A DNA stretch of 64,000 nt from Laetmonice hystrix (Eukaryota): the NCBI GenBank assembly GCA_965235115.1, contig OZ249436.1, positions 16,122,001 to 16,186,000 on the forward strand, read 5' to 3'. Below are positions 50,101-63,326 of the stretch, in pieces (within the stretch, counting starts at the first letter, position 1; the number at the start of each line of letters is the position of its first letter). The notes below the pieces were generated by a model. The model saw only the letters and a program-made list of their open reading frames with translations. It searched no databases and had not been told where the DNA came from. The translations under genes and the position numbers were made by a program.

Positions 50101-53100
50101 CCTTTGTATTCACTAACATAAAGACAATTACCTCAGTAATGCATGATTCTTGCTCTGCCCGCATCACCTTGATGCTGTTGATGTTTGTTTTCAGCTCCTT
50201 ATTCTCAGCAATCAGATTATTCCTTTGCTCCGCTAAAGCATTCTAAGGGTTTAGAAAAGAATCTGCATGTATACGTATACCAGAAAAGTTTTGTTGACAA
50301 ATCCAACTTAAAATAAGTTAAATGCAATCATTAATTTACCACATAATGCACTACAAAAGTGGAACAAAATCTATTTTTAGTAAGTACTTTTAAACAGAGT
50401 TGGGACATCCACCTGGAAAATAAAGTGGGAAATCAAAAATTTACATTTCTGCCAACAACGGCCCTCTCCTCGCCCCATAATGTTACCTATTGAGGATGGC
50501 AATAAGGCCTTCTAATGTGCAGTAATTACAAAAGATGTCTGTTTTTGGCATGGATGCCCCTCCTAAAAAATAACCTTTAAATTTTCAAAATTTTAGGCTT
50601 TCTGATGCCTACTGGACCCAAAGTGTTCAGCTGCCATGAAAATTTGTCTTTAGAATGCCAAGCAGTCATATTAGAAATCTATATAAAAAAAAAAATGTTT
50701 TCGTGCATGATCATGCCACGGGGGTACCTGATTTTGTAATTAAATATAAAAAGGATTGGACCACAAGTTTTTGTGATACTGTATATCCACGGAGGGACGG
50801 ACAGGCCGTAACCTAAAAGACCTTTCAAATGTCAAACGTTTTAAAGATGCCCAGCGACACGTATAATTTCCTACTCGTGTTTAATAGTAACCTTATGCCT
50901 AACTGAGATGTGCCCTGAAATGTGACTTTTCCTAATATGGCTGCCAAGCCGCCAGGACTGGATCCCACGTTTTTGAGATATCGTTGTCCACGGAATACCA
51001 GTTACTGTGAGCGGCAGCAACTGTGAGCGGCAGTTGTTGTGAGCGACGGTCAAGGCTCGAGGCGCCCGGCAAGGGACACGCTGCGTTACGGGGTGGCTCA
51101 TCACATGTCCGCTCCTCGCCGCTTCGCTAGTACAGAGGCGCCCGGCAAGGGTATTTGATTGGAGGGAGGGGCAGTGTTAATTTTATATTTTTACTTTGAC
51201 TACACTGTTACGTATAGAGGCCTATGTCTGCATTTCCACAATGATATCTACCACTGATTACTTACTAAAAGCTCTAGATCATATGTACTGATTTCCATGA
51301 AACCATCAAAATCAAGCCGCTCACAGTAACTGCCGCTCACAGTGGCTGACGCTCACAGTGACTGGATACCTGTCCACGTACGGATGTACAGCAACAAATT
51401 AGAAACCTCCACCCAAAGGGTTTGTGGTTAAAAAGACACTAGATATTCAATGACACGATAAACAATTAACCTCTTATAAAAATTATAAATTCTGATGTAG
51501 CATTTTCTTACATTTTCTTCTTTGATGGCTTCAAAAACTACCAGACGGGTTCCACGAAAGTAGCAGAAATTGATGACAGCACTCATATTTCGCAAACACC
51601 TTTTGCTGGCTGCAACACAAAGTTAACTATTCATTTCAAGCACATACAAACAGGATCCTTCACGGGTAAAAGTCAAAAAGTCCTTTATTTTCTCTCAAGC
51701 CAGCATGGGCTGCTGGGAACTAGTGGTAATCTATAAATTTATAAACACAATATCACAAGGTATGGCAGCTGAATCGCCATGGAAACCAACGGAGACATAT
51801 TGTTCCATTCCGCTTTTAACATAAATTTGCTTATCGCTCAACCCTGAAATTTTAACATGGTGTACCTGGAGTTCAAAGCCTTGAAAGGTATCTGAGGAAT
51901 TTTTGGTGTAACTTTAAGGAAAACAAACAACATTAAACAAAAATTGACAACACTTTATGAAGAGCACCGTAAGTTAGGAACTTCAACTTCAAACATCGGA
52001 AAGTGTTATAGCATTCTAGTTGATACTAGTGTGAGGAGTTAGTCTTATGTAACCATGAATGTCATAAAAACGTTTCTAAACGGTGTCTTCCAGAACACCG
52101 TTTAGTTGTCAAGTGACGCTGGCCTAGCGATTCTTGGACGCTCTGCGAAGAGGTCCGTTATCGCAACTTTGCGGCCTTCGTTTTGGTACTAAACTTCTTC
52201 GACGGAGCATGAAATCGATTTTTATAGAGAGCCACGGTATTGAAATTTCTATTCCGACCTTGATTATAATTATTGGACAAATATAACGTCCACACGGTCC
52301 AGTTGTTTACGAGCAAGTCGTGTCCGTAGCTCCGGCAGCCATCTGCGGTGCACCGAGTGACCGGGAACTGATAAAAGTTAGATCGCTACTGGTACCCGAA
52401 ACGGGTAGCTTCACTCTGTGCCTCAGCGTCTGCTTGAACAGGTAGCACGACCTACTTATGCGGTCCGTTCCGGATGCACTATAGAAGTCGAAAATACGCA
52501 CACCCGATAAACTGGGTCACCGCTGATCGCCCGCGCTGTATATGACCAAACAAACTGAGAATTTCACCTACTAAGATAACATCCAACAAAATACATTTAC
52601 GTATCTGTTGAAGTAACCTCTTTTGTTTACTCTCAGCAAGTTTCAGTGCCAAAAGTGGTCTGAAACATGACTTTGAGGCGATGATGCGCGGTAGGACCGA
52701 GATAGAACTCCGGCAGCATAGCAGTCGCTGGCGCATTTGTACTCGACGGTCAGAGTCCGCATGGACATAAGGACTCTGACTTGTTGGAGTAGGCTGGCCT
52801 TGGAGAATTTTCACGGAGCACGATTAGTCGCGCCGGATTGCAAAAAAAAAAAAAAAAAGCGCGATGGAGCGCGGGCGCGATCGCGCTCGTTTAAAACGAA
52901 AGCCTGCAATGGCAGATAGAATGCGCATATATTATTTCATTTCTTTTATTCATGCGGGGGGGGGGGGGAAGCTCAACAATTGAATTTGAAGAGCTCTTCT
53001 AATCTAGCTTTTCTAATAGTTAGCATTCATTATTATTGCCAAATTTTTGTTTAAATGTAGCACTAGAAGTCCTATGCAATATTTTTTAACTGAAATTCAT

Positions 53101-56100
53101 TTGGATGTACCGTAATTTGAACTCCAAAATTCCATTCTTACTTGGTTCAGTGATGTCTCCCATGCAGAAATCTTCAATGCCACAAGCACACATCACCATT
53201 TGCCTGAGGAGGTCACCAAAACAGATTATCAGCATTGAAATAATAGTGAGAAATTTTAAAACAGTATGTAATCACAATGACAAACTGATCCACTGGTAGA
53301 AAAGAACATACCAAATTCAGAACAAGAAAAAAAATTGAATTCTGGTTACAAGAAACAACCGTAATAAGTGCTGTAGTTAAAAAAAATCTATTTCCAATTT
53401 TCTTGATGTTAAAAGGCTATCCCGTATATAAATTTACATTATTTAAATAAAATCCAAAACTTTACTCACAGGCAGACTGTCAGTTGAAAGAGCGGCATAG
53501 CATCTTCATATAATTCAGGATTCTCAAACTGATCAAGCGTTTCAAGTTGATGCTATAGAAATCAATTAGATAAAGTGTGTCACATTTCTTCCAAATAATA
53601 CCATACAATTGCTGCATTATAATAACCATAACTTTAAATTAAAAGATTCTTATTAAAAAAAAAATTCTATAAGGACTGATCTAGGTATCACGAGTATACC
53701 AGTGTTCTCCACAAGGCTCCAAGGTCGGGCGGGCCGCCCGACCTTGGCAGCGGGCCGCCCGACCTTGGTCACGACCGCCCGACCTTGGCGGCCGACCGCC
53801 CGACCTTAAAATCCATTCCAATCGTCTAAACTCGCTTATCCCAGTAGCAATGAATCATACTCTTACTGGGCCTTAGTCTTAGAGCTAGTTAAAATTACTT
53901 AAATAACGATTTGACACAGCCAAACTACGTCACACTCGCCGTCTGAACAACCCAGGCCCCCTACGTTAAGTGGAATCGCCCACCGCACAGTGACTGGGGA
54001 CAGCCCATTCTGTGCTGTAAGGGTTGGTGAGCAGCGTAGCCGTAGCAACGACCGGGTCGGCCACTGTGTTCTACCGCTGATCTAGAGCTGGGGGCATTTG
54101 GAATTATCCTGGGCGTAAACTGTAATAAAAATTAAGTAAAATTAGCTCTTCGTTGTGGCATACTGTTCTGGCTCAGGATTATAACCATGGTTTTCTGAAC
54201 TTGGTCAGTTAAAAATAGGCGATTGGGGTGCCTTCCGAGAGCAGTCATTTTCTCTCCCAGATGCCGGGAAATCGCATCTCCGGGCTTCTACAGTTCAGAA
54301 TTTTCTGGGGGAGGACCCCCAGACGCCCCCCCCCCCTCCAACCAAATGGCGCTCGGCTCTCGCGCCTTCGGTGCTCGTCACATCGGGCCGCCCGACCTTG
54401 GCCTGACCCTGTGGAGAACACTGGTATACATGTAGGTAAAATAGCCCATGGCCATGTATTACATATTAGCACTGGACACACTTTCATACCTGCCGAAACC
54501 TGAATAACTAGCATATACATGTAGGCCAATATGTACATGTACATATACATACCTGATGAATCTGCTCAGGCATGAAACCAGTGATGAATTCCAGAAGGGC
54601 TGTGTAGATAGACTGCCATCTCTCCATCTGTGAGAACAAAAATGGTCACCCTGAGAAGTGAAACAGAATATGCGAATATGAAAAAACTCTAATCCAAAGC
54701 ATTTCATACCTGTTTGTACACATAGATCATGTAGTCGATGGCTGCCAATATTGTGCTTCAAGGGGTTATTAATATTGGAGAGACAACTGGAGAGCATAGG
54801 AAATAGGGAGACTGCACTGGCCAATCAGTGCATTGTGACCGCAGCGCCTCTAGTGGGCACAGTGGCAAGTTGGAGAAGCAACAGTGGACATCGGCCAGCA
54901 CAGGCCAACACTGTGCAGCCATAAACTGCAAAAACAACAGGAGGGACAGGCGCAAACAAATTATTTTAGTAAAGTATACATTTTTATGCTAGTACTTTTC
55001 AAAGTTCTCACCAGAACACTGCTTTTGTCTTTCATACCGTTGACACACCAACAAGTGTAATGGCAAGCGATATTGTAGTGCTACCGAAGCGGTATAAATT
55101 ATAGGGCAACAAAAACTCTTGATTCCTTTGACACACTGCCAATTATATCGAAACTGCGCCGCTATCATTCCGATGTTGGTGTGTCACCGGTAGCTAAACG
55201 AATGTGCCAGTAACTTGAGTAAGGGAATGATAACGTCATCACTATTGAAACTGCCTAGTCCCTCGTCACGACGGGATTTGTCACGTGGTCTGAAGGGTCA
55301 TTCCATATGAACTCAACCGAAGTTGAGAAATCTTCCCGGGTCACTGACTCAGATTTGGCTGAATTTTTTTTCAGAGTACCTCTACACATCTATCTCTCTA
55401 CTTAGGGGAGAATTGCAATATAATCATACCGCCAAGCGCGCCATTTTAGGCAATTTTTTTTTTCACTCCCACCAAAATTACTTATTTAATATGAAAATTT
55501 ACATGTTGCTCTACCTTATTTTTATTTCGGTTGACCTTATTATTAAACATCTTTATTATTACCATACCTCTGAAAACAAGAACACGTGTATTTACTGTCC
55601 CACCCGTAACGGTTTTAATATAAATTTCTTTGTGATAAATAATAAGGCTCTATTTATTTTAAAGGTCCTAACTTGCTTGTTTAGTACATATGCATTTTCC
55701 TATGAAAATAGGAATAAAATGGTGAATTACTTTTTCTGTAATTGTAAAATTTGTGTTACGGGTGGGACAAAATTTCCAAATTTAGCAAGTTCCGTTTTTT
55801 GTACAAATTTTAATTCATTCATTACAACCTTTATAACATCTAAAATGATGATATAATTAAAATATGTTTTGAATAATTTATTTTTCACTTTTAAGACTAC
55901 TCACAAAATCTTGTAAATTAGCGAAATGAAGATGTACTCTATGTGTTACGGGTGGGACAAATTATCACATATCTTAATGTTTTGGATTCTTTTTGCATGA
56001 AAGTAACCTTTTTCAATGTTGTTTGCAAAGGTAAATCTGTAATCACCCACATGAAACCATGAAAACCTAAATATATTTAAAAAAAATAATTTTATTTAAA

Positions 56101-59100
56101 TTTAAACCAAAAAAAAAGAAACACAAGCTAATAAACCAAGCTTTTTCTGACCAATTAACCGTTTTTGTTATATACCATTGGAATTTTTGCATAACAATTA
56201 TTACCAAATTGCATAGGGATCGAGTTTGCCACAAAATCCTAATTTAAGTTGATAAATGCCAAATTAGTAGGGTTAGGGTGAAAGTAAGCGTTACGGGTGG
56301 GACACGTTACAGGCGGGACGGATTAATGAAAAATATCCAATATCTGAACACTTGCGTGTAAGAAGAGAAAAACAACGCTGGCCACCTTCGCACTGCCTAA
56401 TCGATTTATCAAAATAAAATTTCAATTTCAATCTTATGGTAGCCATTTTTTCATGATTATAGTGTTACGGGTGGGACAAACAAGATGGAACAAACGTCAT
56501 TTTAATCGATTGCGAGATATTTTCTGATTTAATTTTGATACTATGATTGAAATTTTGCTTGTACTGCAAAGCAAACTTGAAAAACCTTTATTTAGTAATA
56601 TTAATGAAAAGTACTAGACACTCAAGTTTGAATTATTCGCACTGTTTCGGGTGGGACATCAAAAACTGAGGAAACAGTACGAAAGCCAAAATGAGGCCGT
56701 GTAAAAAAATCTGGCACATATTGAAAATGACAAGAAAAGCATATTGAACCCAAAGAAATTCTTGATAAAACTGATACAGACTCTTTTTAGAGAAGGACAA
56801 AGAATTTATTAGAAATTGCGAAAAAGCCTAGAAACCTAGAGATAAACGGTGTTACGGGTGGGACATTTCAACCTATTATTTGAGCGTATATGAATTAATA
56901 TTAGTCCTAACGAAGCCTATATAATGTTCCAGTGTAGATTTACTATTGGGGAGAAATATGAGATAAAATAAAGATCAGGTAAGTTCGTTTCTAAGACACA
57001 AGATACAAAACGGCCAATGGTATGATTATATTGCAATTATATATAATGAACACATGCAAAATTTTAGGCTTCAACTCCCAAGGGTTTCTGAGATATATGC
57101 CTCTCTGAACATGGTGGGGGGTAGCCCACTTTTTGCACTCGCAAATTGTGGACGTTAATTCAGTGCTTGCCATCTGAAATTTGCAGGAGAGCGTTTCATC
57201 GCTCTCGCACTTTATTGTACAGGAGCTATTAGCTCTCCTGGAAAATGGAAACAGTTACTTCAATCTGAAATGGTAGGAGCTCACACAAAACTAGTACAGG
57301 TGGAGGCCTGGCAACTGGCAGCGCTGTATTGTTTAACAAGTTATTATAAATCAAGATGGCTATGTCGGTACATGTATTACAACATCCAGCTGTCAATCAG
57401 CGATAAGGCCCACCCTCCATATAACTGCCTTCTGTACAGCCACTTGAGACAGGTCTGAATGGTGGCTGATATTTATAGGTTTGACTTATGTACATGTACA
57501 TGTCAGTTGTCGGGGGACTTTTAATAAAAGATTGTGGTACGCATCAGTGGCGGATCCAAGCCAGGGCCAGACCAAGCCAAGGGCCAAAAGGGAGGGGAGG
57601 GGGGCTGTAGCAGCCTTGGAAAAAATGTGCAAAGTTGTCCAAAGGCAGAGCATAAAGTGGCTTCTGAGTTCTGAGACTGTCAAATTGGTATACATGTACA
57701 TCTAGTCGTAAACCAGTCGCGGCGGGCCTATACTGAGCTGCTCCCGCCCACTGGCACTACCGGCTGCTAAGCCCCTGCCTGCCAGGCTAGAAGCCGTGTT
57801 GGCTAGGCCTATTGTAGTGAGCACATGATTGGGGCGGGGCTTAGCAGACAGCTGTCTTCATGCTCGGGTGGACTGGCGAGTGCTCCTTTGCCTTGGAATC
57901 AGACAGGCACTGGGTTATTCCATGTCAAATCACCCAATGCGGTGAAACCCCCACCCCTTTGATTTTGTTCAAACTTGTTGGTTATAGTGGCTGAAAAAAC
58001 TAAGATTTCAAGTTTTAGTTTGATCAGACTCAGGGCTCGAAAAATCACGTGCCCGGGTGCCCGAGGGCACCTAAATTTTTATCAGGGCACCTAAAAAAGG
58101 ATTCTGTCATAAAAGAACGTGCCCAGAGGGCACCTTCAAATGACTCAGGCCATTACTACACATACGTGTACTCATGACAGTAAGACTTTCATGGCTTGCT
58201 ATCATCCCCCTCCTCCATGCCAGATTTGCCCTAGAGCTATCTTCTTGTTATAACAATTCACCCTCGCAGAAGTTTAAGAGAAATACAGTAGACTAACTCT
58301 TAGCATGACATTATCAATTCAACTAAGAATGGCCGGGCACCAACACAGAATGGCCGGGCACCAAGAATTTTAAGATAGGGAAAAACTAGGTGCCCGGCAG
58401 GGCACCTAGCCTTCAGAAAATTTTTCGACCCCTGAGGGTGGTCTGACCAATGGTTTCCAGTGTTCGAACTACTAGAAATATTTCTCACAGTGGGGGAAAG
58501 GTTATGGGCAAGCACCGAAGCTGTGCAGCTGCGAGCACCGAAGGCCTGAAGCCCAGCAGAGGGGGTCCAGGTGGGTTCTCCCCCTGGAAAAATTTTGAAA
58601 ACATGCTCTTCAAATGGTGCATTCTGGTGCATTTGAGATGAATAAAGGCAAGACTTGATCTTCGATCGCGAAATGAGCACAAGTTTACGTTACAGTGTAT
58701 TTCTTAAACAGCCTTTTGGAAATTATCACTGGCAGAAAGAGTTGCTAGCGTGGGGGCATTCCGTGGTTCACTTAGAACTCTGGTTTCTGAGATATGGCCC
58801 CTTCAATTTTGGTCAAAATAGGCGTGGCCGACTCTATCATATGACCATAGCTCGACAACCAATGGATCAATCTTGTTGAAATTTGTATTTCTGGGAAGGC
58901 AATTTCCAAAGGATTCCAAATCTGCCCCTAATTCTGACAGACTCTATTGACAGAATGATTTGAAAATTTTATACCAAAAAGAGGATTGTAATTTGTAAAA
59001 CTGTGATGGATTGTCAAGTTTAGGGTCTATCACGAGTTACCAAAGGGTGGAATATTACCTTTAAACATGGGTAAAACAGGTATAATTGATAAATCAATTT

Positions 59101-59346
59101 GTCAACGATTCATGAAATTTGACTATAAGCTAACTGTGTTAATGCAACTTTAGAATTAGCCTGTGTGTTGGCCAGCCTTTTTAGTAAATACACACGTAGT
59201 CCTTACAAAAAGAAAAATGATAAAGCCCTGACCTTGGGGTTTTTGAAGTCAGCCTCAGATGAAGAGAGGTCTGGAAACTCTGACTTGAGAAGTTGCACTA
59301 TCTCTCCTGCCTCCAACAGAGGGAATGGATAGTGTTGATGTGTCAT
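47134..59346 (-). CDS. NUF2: Kinetochore protein NUF2 (NDC80 complex), 447 aa, 11 coding exons
   Basis: Exons (minus): 59346-59233, 54627-54553, 53552-53470, 53203-53142, 51609-51512, 50242-50132, 48888-48769, 48604-48342, 47905-47714, 47552-47390, 47196-47134. Total 1344 nt, all GT-AG and phase-consistent. CH-domain motifs YPFPLLEAGEIV, ADFKNPK, CGIEDFCMGDITEPTSKRCLRNMSAVINFCYFR; coiled-coil motif KIVPSPERMK. Confidence 0.95.
49041..49537. mobile_element. Non-autonomous DNA transposon, 5-bp TSD (hAT5-like)
   Basis: cagccct..cattaa / ttaatgtcgagggctg; TSD acact; subterminal ggccagt repeats. Confidence 0.75.
50992..51370. mobile_element. Foldback element with tandem 16-bp repeats in both arms, 7-8-bp TSD
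   Basis: ggaatacc-(cagtNactgtgagcgg)x3 ... (ccgctcacagtNNctg)x3-gatacc; tgtccac duplicated. Confidence 0.75.
53700..54423. mobile_element. Non-autonomous DNA transposon, 6-bp TSD (hAT6-like)
   Basis: TIR cagtgttctccaca / tgtggagaacactg; gtatac on both sides; ccgcccgacctt subterminal repeats. Confidence 0.8.
55293..57170. mobile_element. AT-rich non-autonomous DNA transposon with dispersed gttacgggtgggaca motifs
   Basis: Starts gggtcattccat. Subterminal inverted pair aattgcaatataatcatacc at ~55411 and ~57020; about 8 copies of the motif. Right end uncertain. Confidence 0.5.
58031..58434. mobile_element. hAT-like MITE
   Basis: cagggctcgaaaaat / atttttcgacccctg; gggcacc subterminal repeats; TSD not evident. 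Confidence 0.65.
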
Positions 59347-60026
59347 TATTCTGAAAATATAAGGATGATACCTATAATAACAATGATTCAACAAAATAAT
59401 CTATTTTTATTTTCCTTTAGTTTAGGGGACCGTTTCACTAAACACTCATATTTACCAGCTCATATTTTATGTGGAATTACAAAATACTTTTCTTGTTTAT
59501 GAGCTGTAAGGCCAACAAGCTCGTACACTAACAGTTTTTAGTGAAACAAGCCCCAGGAAATTCATCTGTAGGCTATTTGAAGTGGTCTTAATTATTAGGT
59601 TAACAATATCACATCAGACATTAAATACTAGTGGAGTCTGTATCACCCTACAAAACCTAAATCCTGGCAGGGTCTGAAATGCTGGGGAAAAAAATTTGTA
59701 TAGCAATAGTTTTGAAGCAATTCCCTAGCAAGTCAGCTGTCAACAGTTTTTGAATGAGATACCACAGCCACAGGTCCAGGGGTAGGAATGGTTGAGGAAG
59801 GAATTTTAATGTGTTTTAGTTTCACATTTTTCAGCGACACAAAGGTAGGAATGCATTGCACAAGTGGTAGTTTTACATTGCAAATTGCGATGCCAATAGT
59901 ACTGCAGTGTGGCGTACCAATCCAGTTAGTTGTTAGTGAAGTTTTGGGGAACATTTTTTAGGGGGATCCCATGGACACAAATCTGGCCTTCGAAATCAGG
60001 ACAGACACTGACACAGTATTCTATTG

Positions 60027-60184
60027 CAGGCCTCGAATTAGAAGTTGAAAGGGGCACGGCAAAAACTGCCGTCGATACATAAGAATCAACGTCAAAATTT
60101 TCCAGGGCACAGCGGCAAATTTACGATACATGGAAAAGGCATGACGGCAAATGCCGTCGATGCCGTCGTGTAATTCGAGGCCTG
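60027..60184. mobile_element. Short MITE (partial relative at ~34380-34503)
   Basis: caggcctcgaatta / taattcgaggcctg; tgccgtcgat repeats. Confidence 0.7.
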
Positions 60185-60519
60185 CGGATGGAATTCCCGC
60201 ATGCAAACGGAACTTCTAAGACTCTATTTAAAATCCCAAAAAAGGAAATATCTAACTACGTCTAACGTTATAGACTCTATGTAGGCCTTATAAATTGAAA
60301 TATTGTGAAATAAAACGGAATTTTCTGGGGGGAAAAAACGAAAAACAAATGGACATGGGCCTACTTTAACTTACAAGACCTACAAAATGTCACAGAAACA
60401 GAGTCTATCAGAATTGACAAAAGAAACAGCCCTTTGGCTTTGTCTTTGATGCTGATCAACAAGTAGTCTAGATCTAGATCTAGGCCTAGATCTAGCCTGA
60501 TTGAGTGATTCGAGGCAGT

Positions 60520-61012
60520 GCCTACCTCCTCTGCTCTGCCTCGGCTCTGGGTCGGATGCGTCCCGGCTAGGGCTGCCGCTTAGGCCTTTGCGTTCAAGGC
60601 GAGGTGGCCAAAAAATCCCAAAGTAGAGGAGATCGATAGCGCTCCTGACCTGGGGATCAATTTGCGAGCGCGATCAACGTGTTCTTTATTAGTTTATAAC
60701 GTGATGCTCTGATCTTAGAACGTTATTTGCCTCGAACGGCCGCCCAGGCGAGTTTATAATGATGGCACTGGTTACGACAACCAATATGAGCGAAGTTAAC
60801 ATGCATATTGGCGCGCAACCACGACAACCAATGGGAGGCAAGTTAACATAATAGGCCTCACCAGGTGGCGCCAGTTATTGACCGCAGAGCCACCAAGCGA
60901 GGGAGCCGAGAACCAGCTTAGACTTTGCTCGGTTCGGTCAAAGAACGTCTACGTTTCGGTCAAAGTCGCGGGAGAGTGAGAAGTGTCAAAGTCTCAACAA
61001 AGTGCAGGAAAG
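60520..61012. promoter_or_regulatory. Putative bidirectional promoter NUF2/HADH
   Basis: CpG-richer stretch between divergent genes. CCAAT boxes at 60781, 60807 (reverse) and 60828; E2F-like TTGGCGCGC at 60808; CTCF-like CTCACCAGGTGGCGCCAG at 60857; possible minus-strand 5'UTR donor at 60521-60525. Confidence 0.6.
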
Positions 61013-62806
61013 ATGGCCTTTGCAAGTCGGCAGGCGTTGCGTGCGTTGTCGACATCGGCAGCTCGTCACGCTATCCAGAACGTGACGGTCATTGGGGGCG
61101 GGCTGATGGGCTCCGGAATCGCCCAGGTACGCGTGACCCGCGACCGGTGTCGCGGTCTGAGAGCTCGGCGGTCTCACTTCGCCGACGCCGGCTACTTGAT
61201 CCAACCAGCCAGAGTCCACGACCGATAACACTCTAAACAGGGTCTTGGTTCCTGTATTAATCTCCGGGAGAGTTACAGCTGCATAGGCTCAGCCGTGTGT
61301 AGTGGTTATTCTGCCGGCGTATGGATGGGTCATGTGACTGCAAATGTTCAGTGCAAGATATCGACTGCACAGTGCAACACTCGCCACACTCGCACTGCAG
61401 TGTCACAGACATAGTTCAGTTAAAACGGTGTCTAGGACTCTGACTTGTTGGAGTATCACAGACACAGTGTCGGTGTCGGGGTGCATAAGGAAACCGAAAA
61501 CTAGTTTTCGGGAACCGTTTTCGGTAGTTTTTCGGTACAAAAAAACTAGATTTTGGTAGTAGTAGTTTTCGGTGCCGTATAGCTACTAGTTTTTGGTAGT
61601 TTCCGATACCGAAAACTAGTTTTCAGTTTCCTTATGCACCGTCGGTGTCGCTGCCACCCCCACCCAAACTAATTTATTTATTCACCTGTCTGACGGCAGA
61701 ATAACCTGCATGTATTTGTACATATAGTTTTAGTCGAATTATAGCAAATCTCAGTTGAGTCACAAGTAATAACTCTTAATTTGGTCTACACACTACAGAT
61801 AAATATTGTACAATTTGCCAATAATCGAGGCTGTTTATTCTATTTCTTGTTTGGAAGAAAACTCCACCGGCATCAGCTAGCAGACGACCGGAGGTATTGG
61901 GTCGGTGTGAGCCCAAACTGCGACACACGTGTGCCAATCTAATTAATATTATATCTTAGTTATTTCGTATGCAGCCCTGTTGGGGACACGAAGAAATTCA
62001 TTCATTTGGACAAGAGAAAAATTTTTGGGGTGATCTTGTAATGCCAGGTAACGACTTAGCGATGTCATTAAATACTAGTTACTTTTAAAATGATGTCACT
62101 AAGTCGTTATTACCGGTTAATCAATCTCAGTGATATCATTAAGTCACAAAAACACAATAACGAGTTAATGACATTATTTTTAAGTCATTACAAAATTACC
62201 ACAAACTTTTTGTCTGAAAAGAATTTTTTTCTTCATGTCCCCAACAGGGCTCCGTAATTTCACATGCACTTCGTACTGGGATCTAGTAATACATATTTTT
62301 TATGCATATTTTTTTCATTCATCAGGTTGCAGCACAAACGGGTCATAATGTAACAATGGTTGAGTTGTCTGAAGACATTCTTAACAAAACAAGCACTAAC
62401 ATTCAGAAGTCCTTATCTCGAGTTGCGAAGAAGATGTTCGAAAATCAAGAGGTAAGATACAGTACTAGATAATTTTGTTTGTTTGACATGGGTTGCCAAT
62501 GATACTGTTCATTCAGCAATTGAGTCTTAGCAGAAAATACAGTGTATGTTAAGAGGCAGTGTGAAATAATTTCTGACCTGTTGAGGAATATGACTGTATG
62601 CAGGTGTCATTACTGTTAATTTTTCAAAATCTATTACACTTATCCCAGGAAGGAGGGAAATTTATGGCAGAAACAATGGGTCGGCTGACAATGGAGACAG
62701 ATGTTTCAGCTGGTGTGCAGAATGCAGACCTTGTCATTGAAGCCATTGTTGAAAACATTAACATCAAACAGAAGCTTTTTGCAACTCTTGATGAAGCAGC
62801 TCCTCA
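61013..62806 (+). CDS. HADH: Mitochondrial short-chain 3-hydroxyacyl-CoA dehydrogenase, exons 1-3 (continues beyond window)
   Basis: Exons 61013-61126 (presequence MAFASRQALRALSTSAARH plus Rossmann motif VTVIGGGLMGSGIAQ), 62326-62451 (VAAQTGHNVTMVE...SLSRVAKKMF) and 62649-62806 (ADLVIEAIVENINIKQKLFATLD). Confidence 0.95.
61479..61641. mobile_element. Palindromic MuDR-like MITE, 9-bp TSD
   Basis: ggtgcataaggaaaccgaaaactagttttc / gaaaactagttttcagtttccttatgcacc; tcggtgtcg duplicated. Confidence 0.75.
61970..62254. mobile_element. TA-flanked MITE
   Basis: agccctgttggggacacgaagaaa / tttcttcatgtccccaacagggct, with TA at both ends. Confidence 0.75.
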
Positions 62807-62875
62807 GTAAGTAAATAAATAGAACTACAGTGGAGTCCAGTTATAACGAACATAGTTAACAAATTTCCGCTTATA

Positions 62876-63326
62876 CAGGGTTTCCGCCAGAAAATAATTA
62901 ATGGGGGGGGACGGGCGAGCCCGCCGAAGGCGGGCCAGAACGGGGGCTCTGAGGGCCCTCCCCCAGAAAAATTTTGTTCAGGAACTCCGGAGATGCGTTT
63001 TCCTGGCCTCTCAGAGCGAGAATCTTCACTAAATCTTATCTACCACCCAAAAATCCACAATTTTTACGCCAAAAACACAAAATTGGCAGTGACAGCCAAC
63101 AGAATCATACCAACATTTTAAATAAATGCATCATTACAATATTATTCAACATCAGAAGGGAGGATTGTCAGGATTATTCATAGACATTTCGTTGTCGACG
63201 TTGAAACTATGTTCAGATACCTTTAAAAAAAACACTGCTCTGCAGATTGATGGGGGGGATATCCCCCTCATGTCCCAATCATGGGGGGGATAAATCCCCC
63301 CCGTCCCCCCTCTGTATGAAACCCTG
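62876..63326. mobile_element. Second copy of the hAT5-like element, nested in a Tc1-like MITE fragment
   Basis: Reverse-complement match to 25427-25837; TSD ttata on both sides. Interrupts tacagtggagtccagttataacga... Confidence 0.85.

Noticed and set aside
55323..55856. 177-aa ORF
   Set aside because: F/Y/N/I/K-biased translation of AT-rich transposon DNA.
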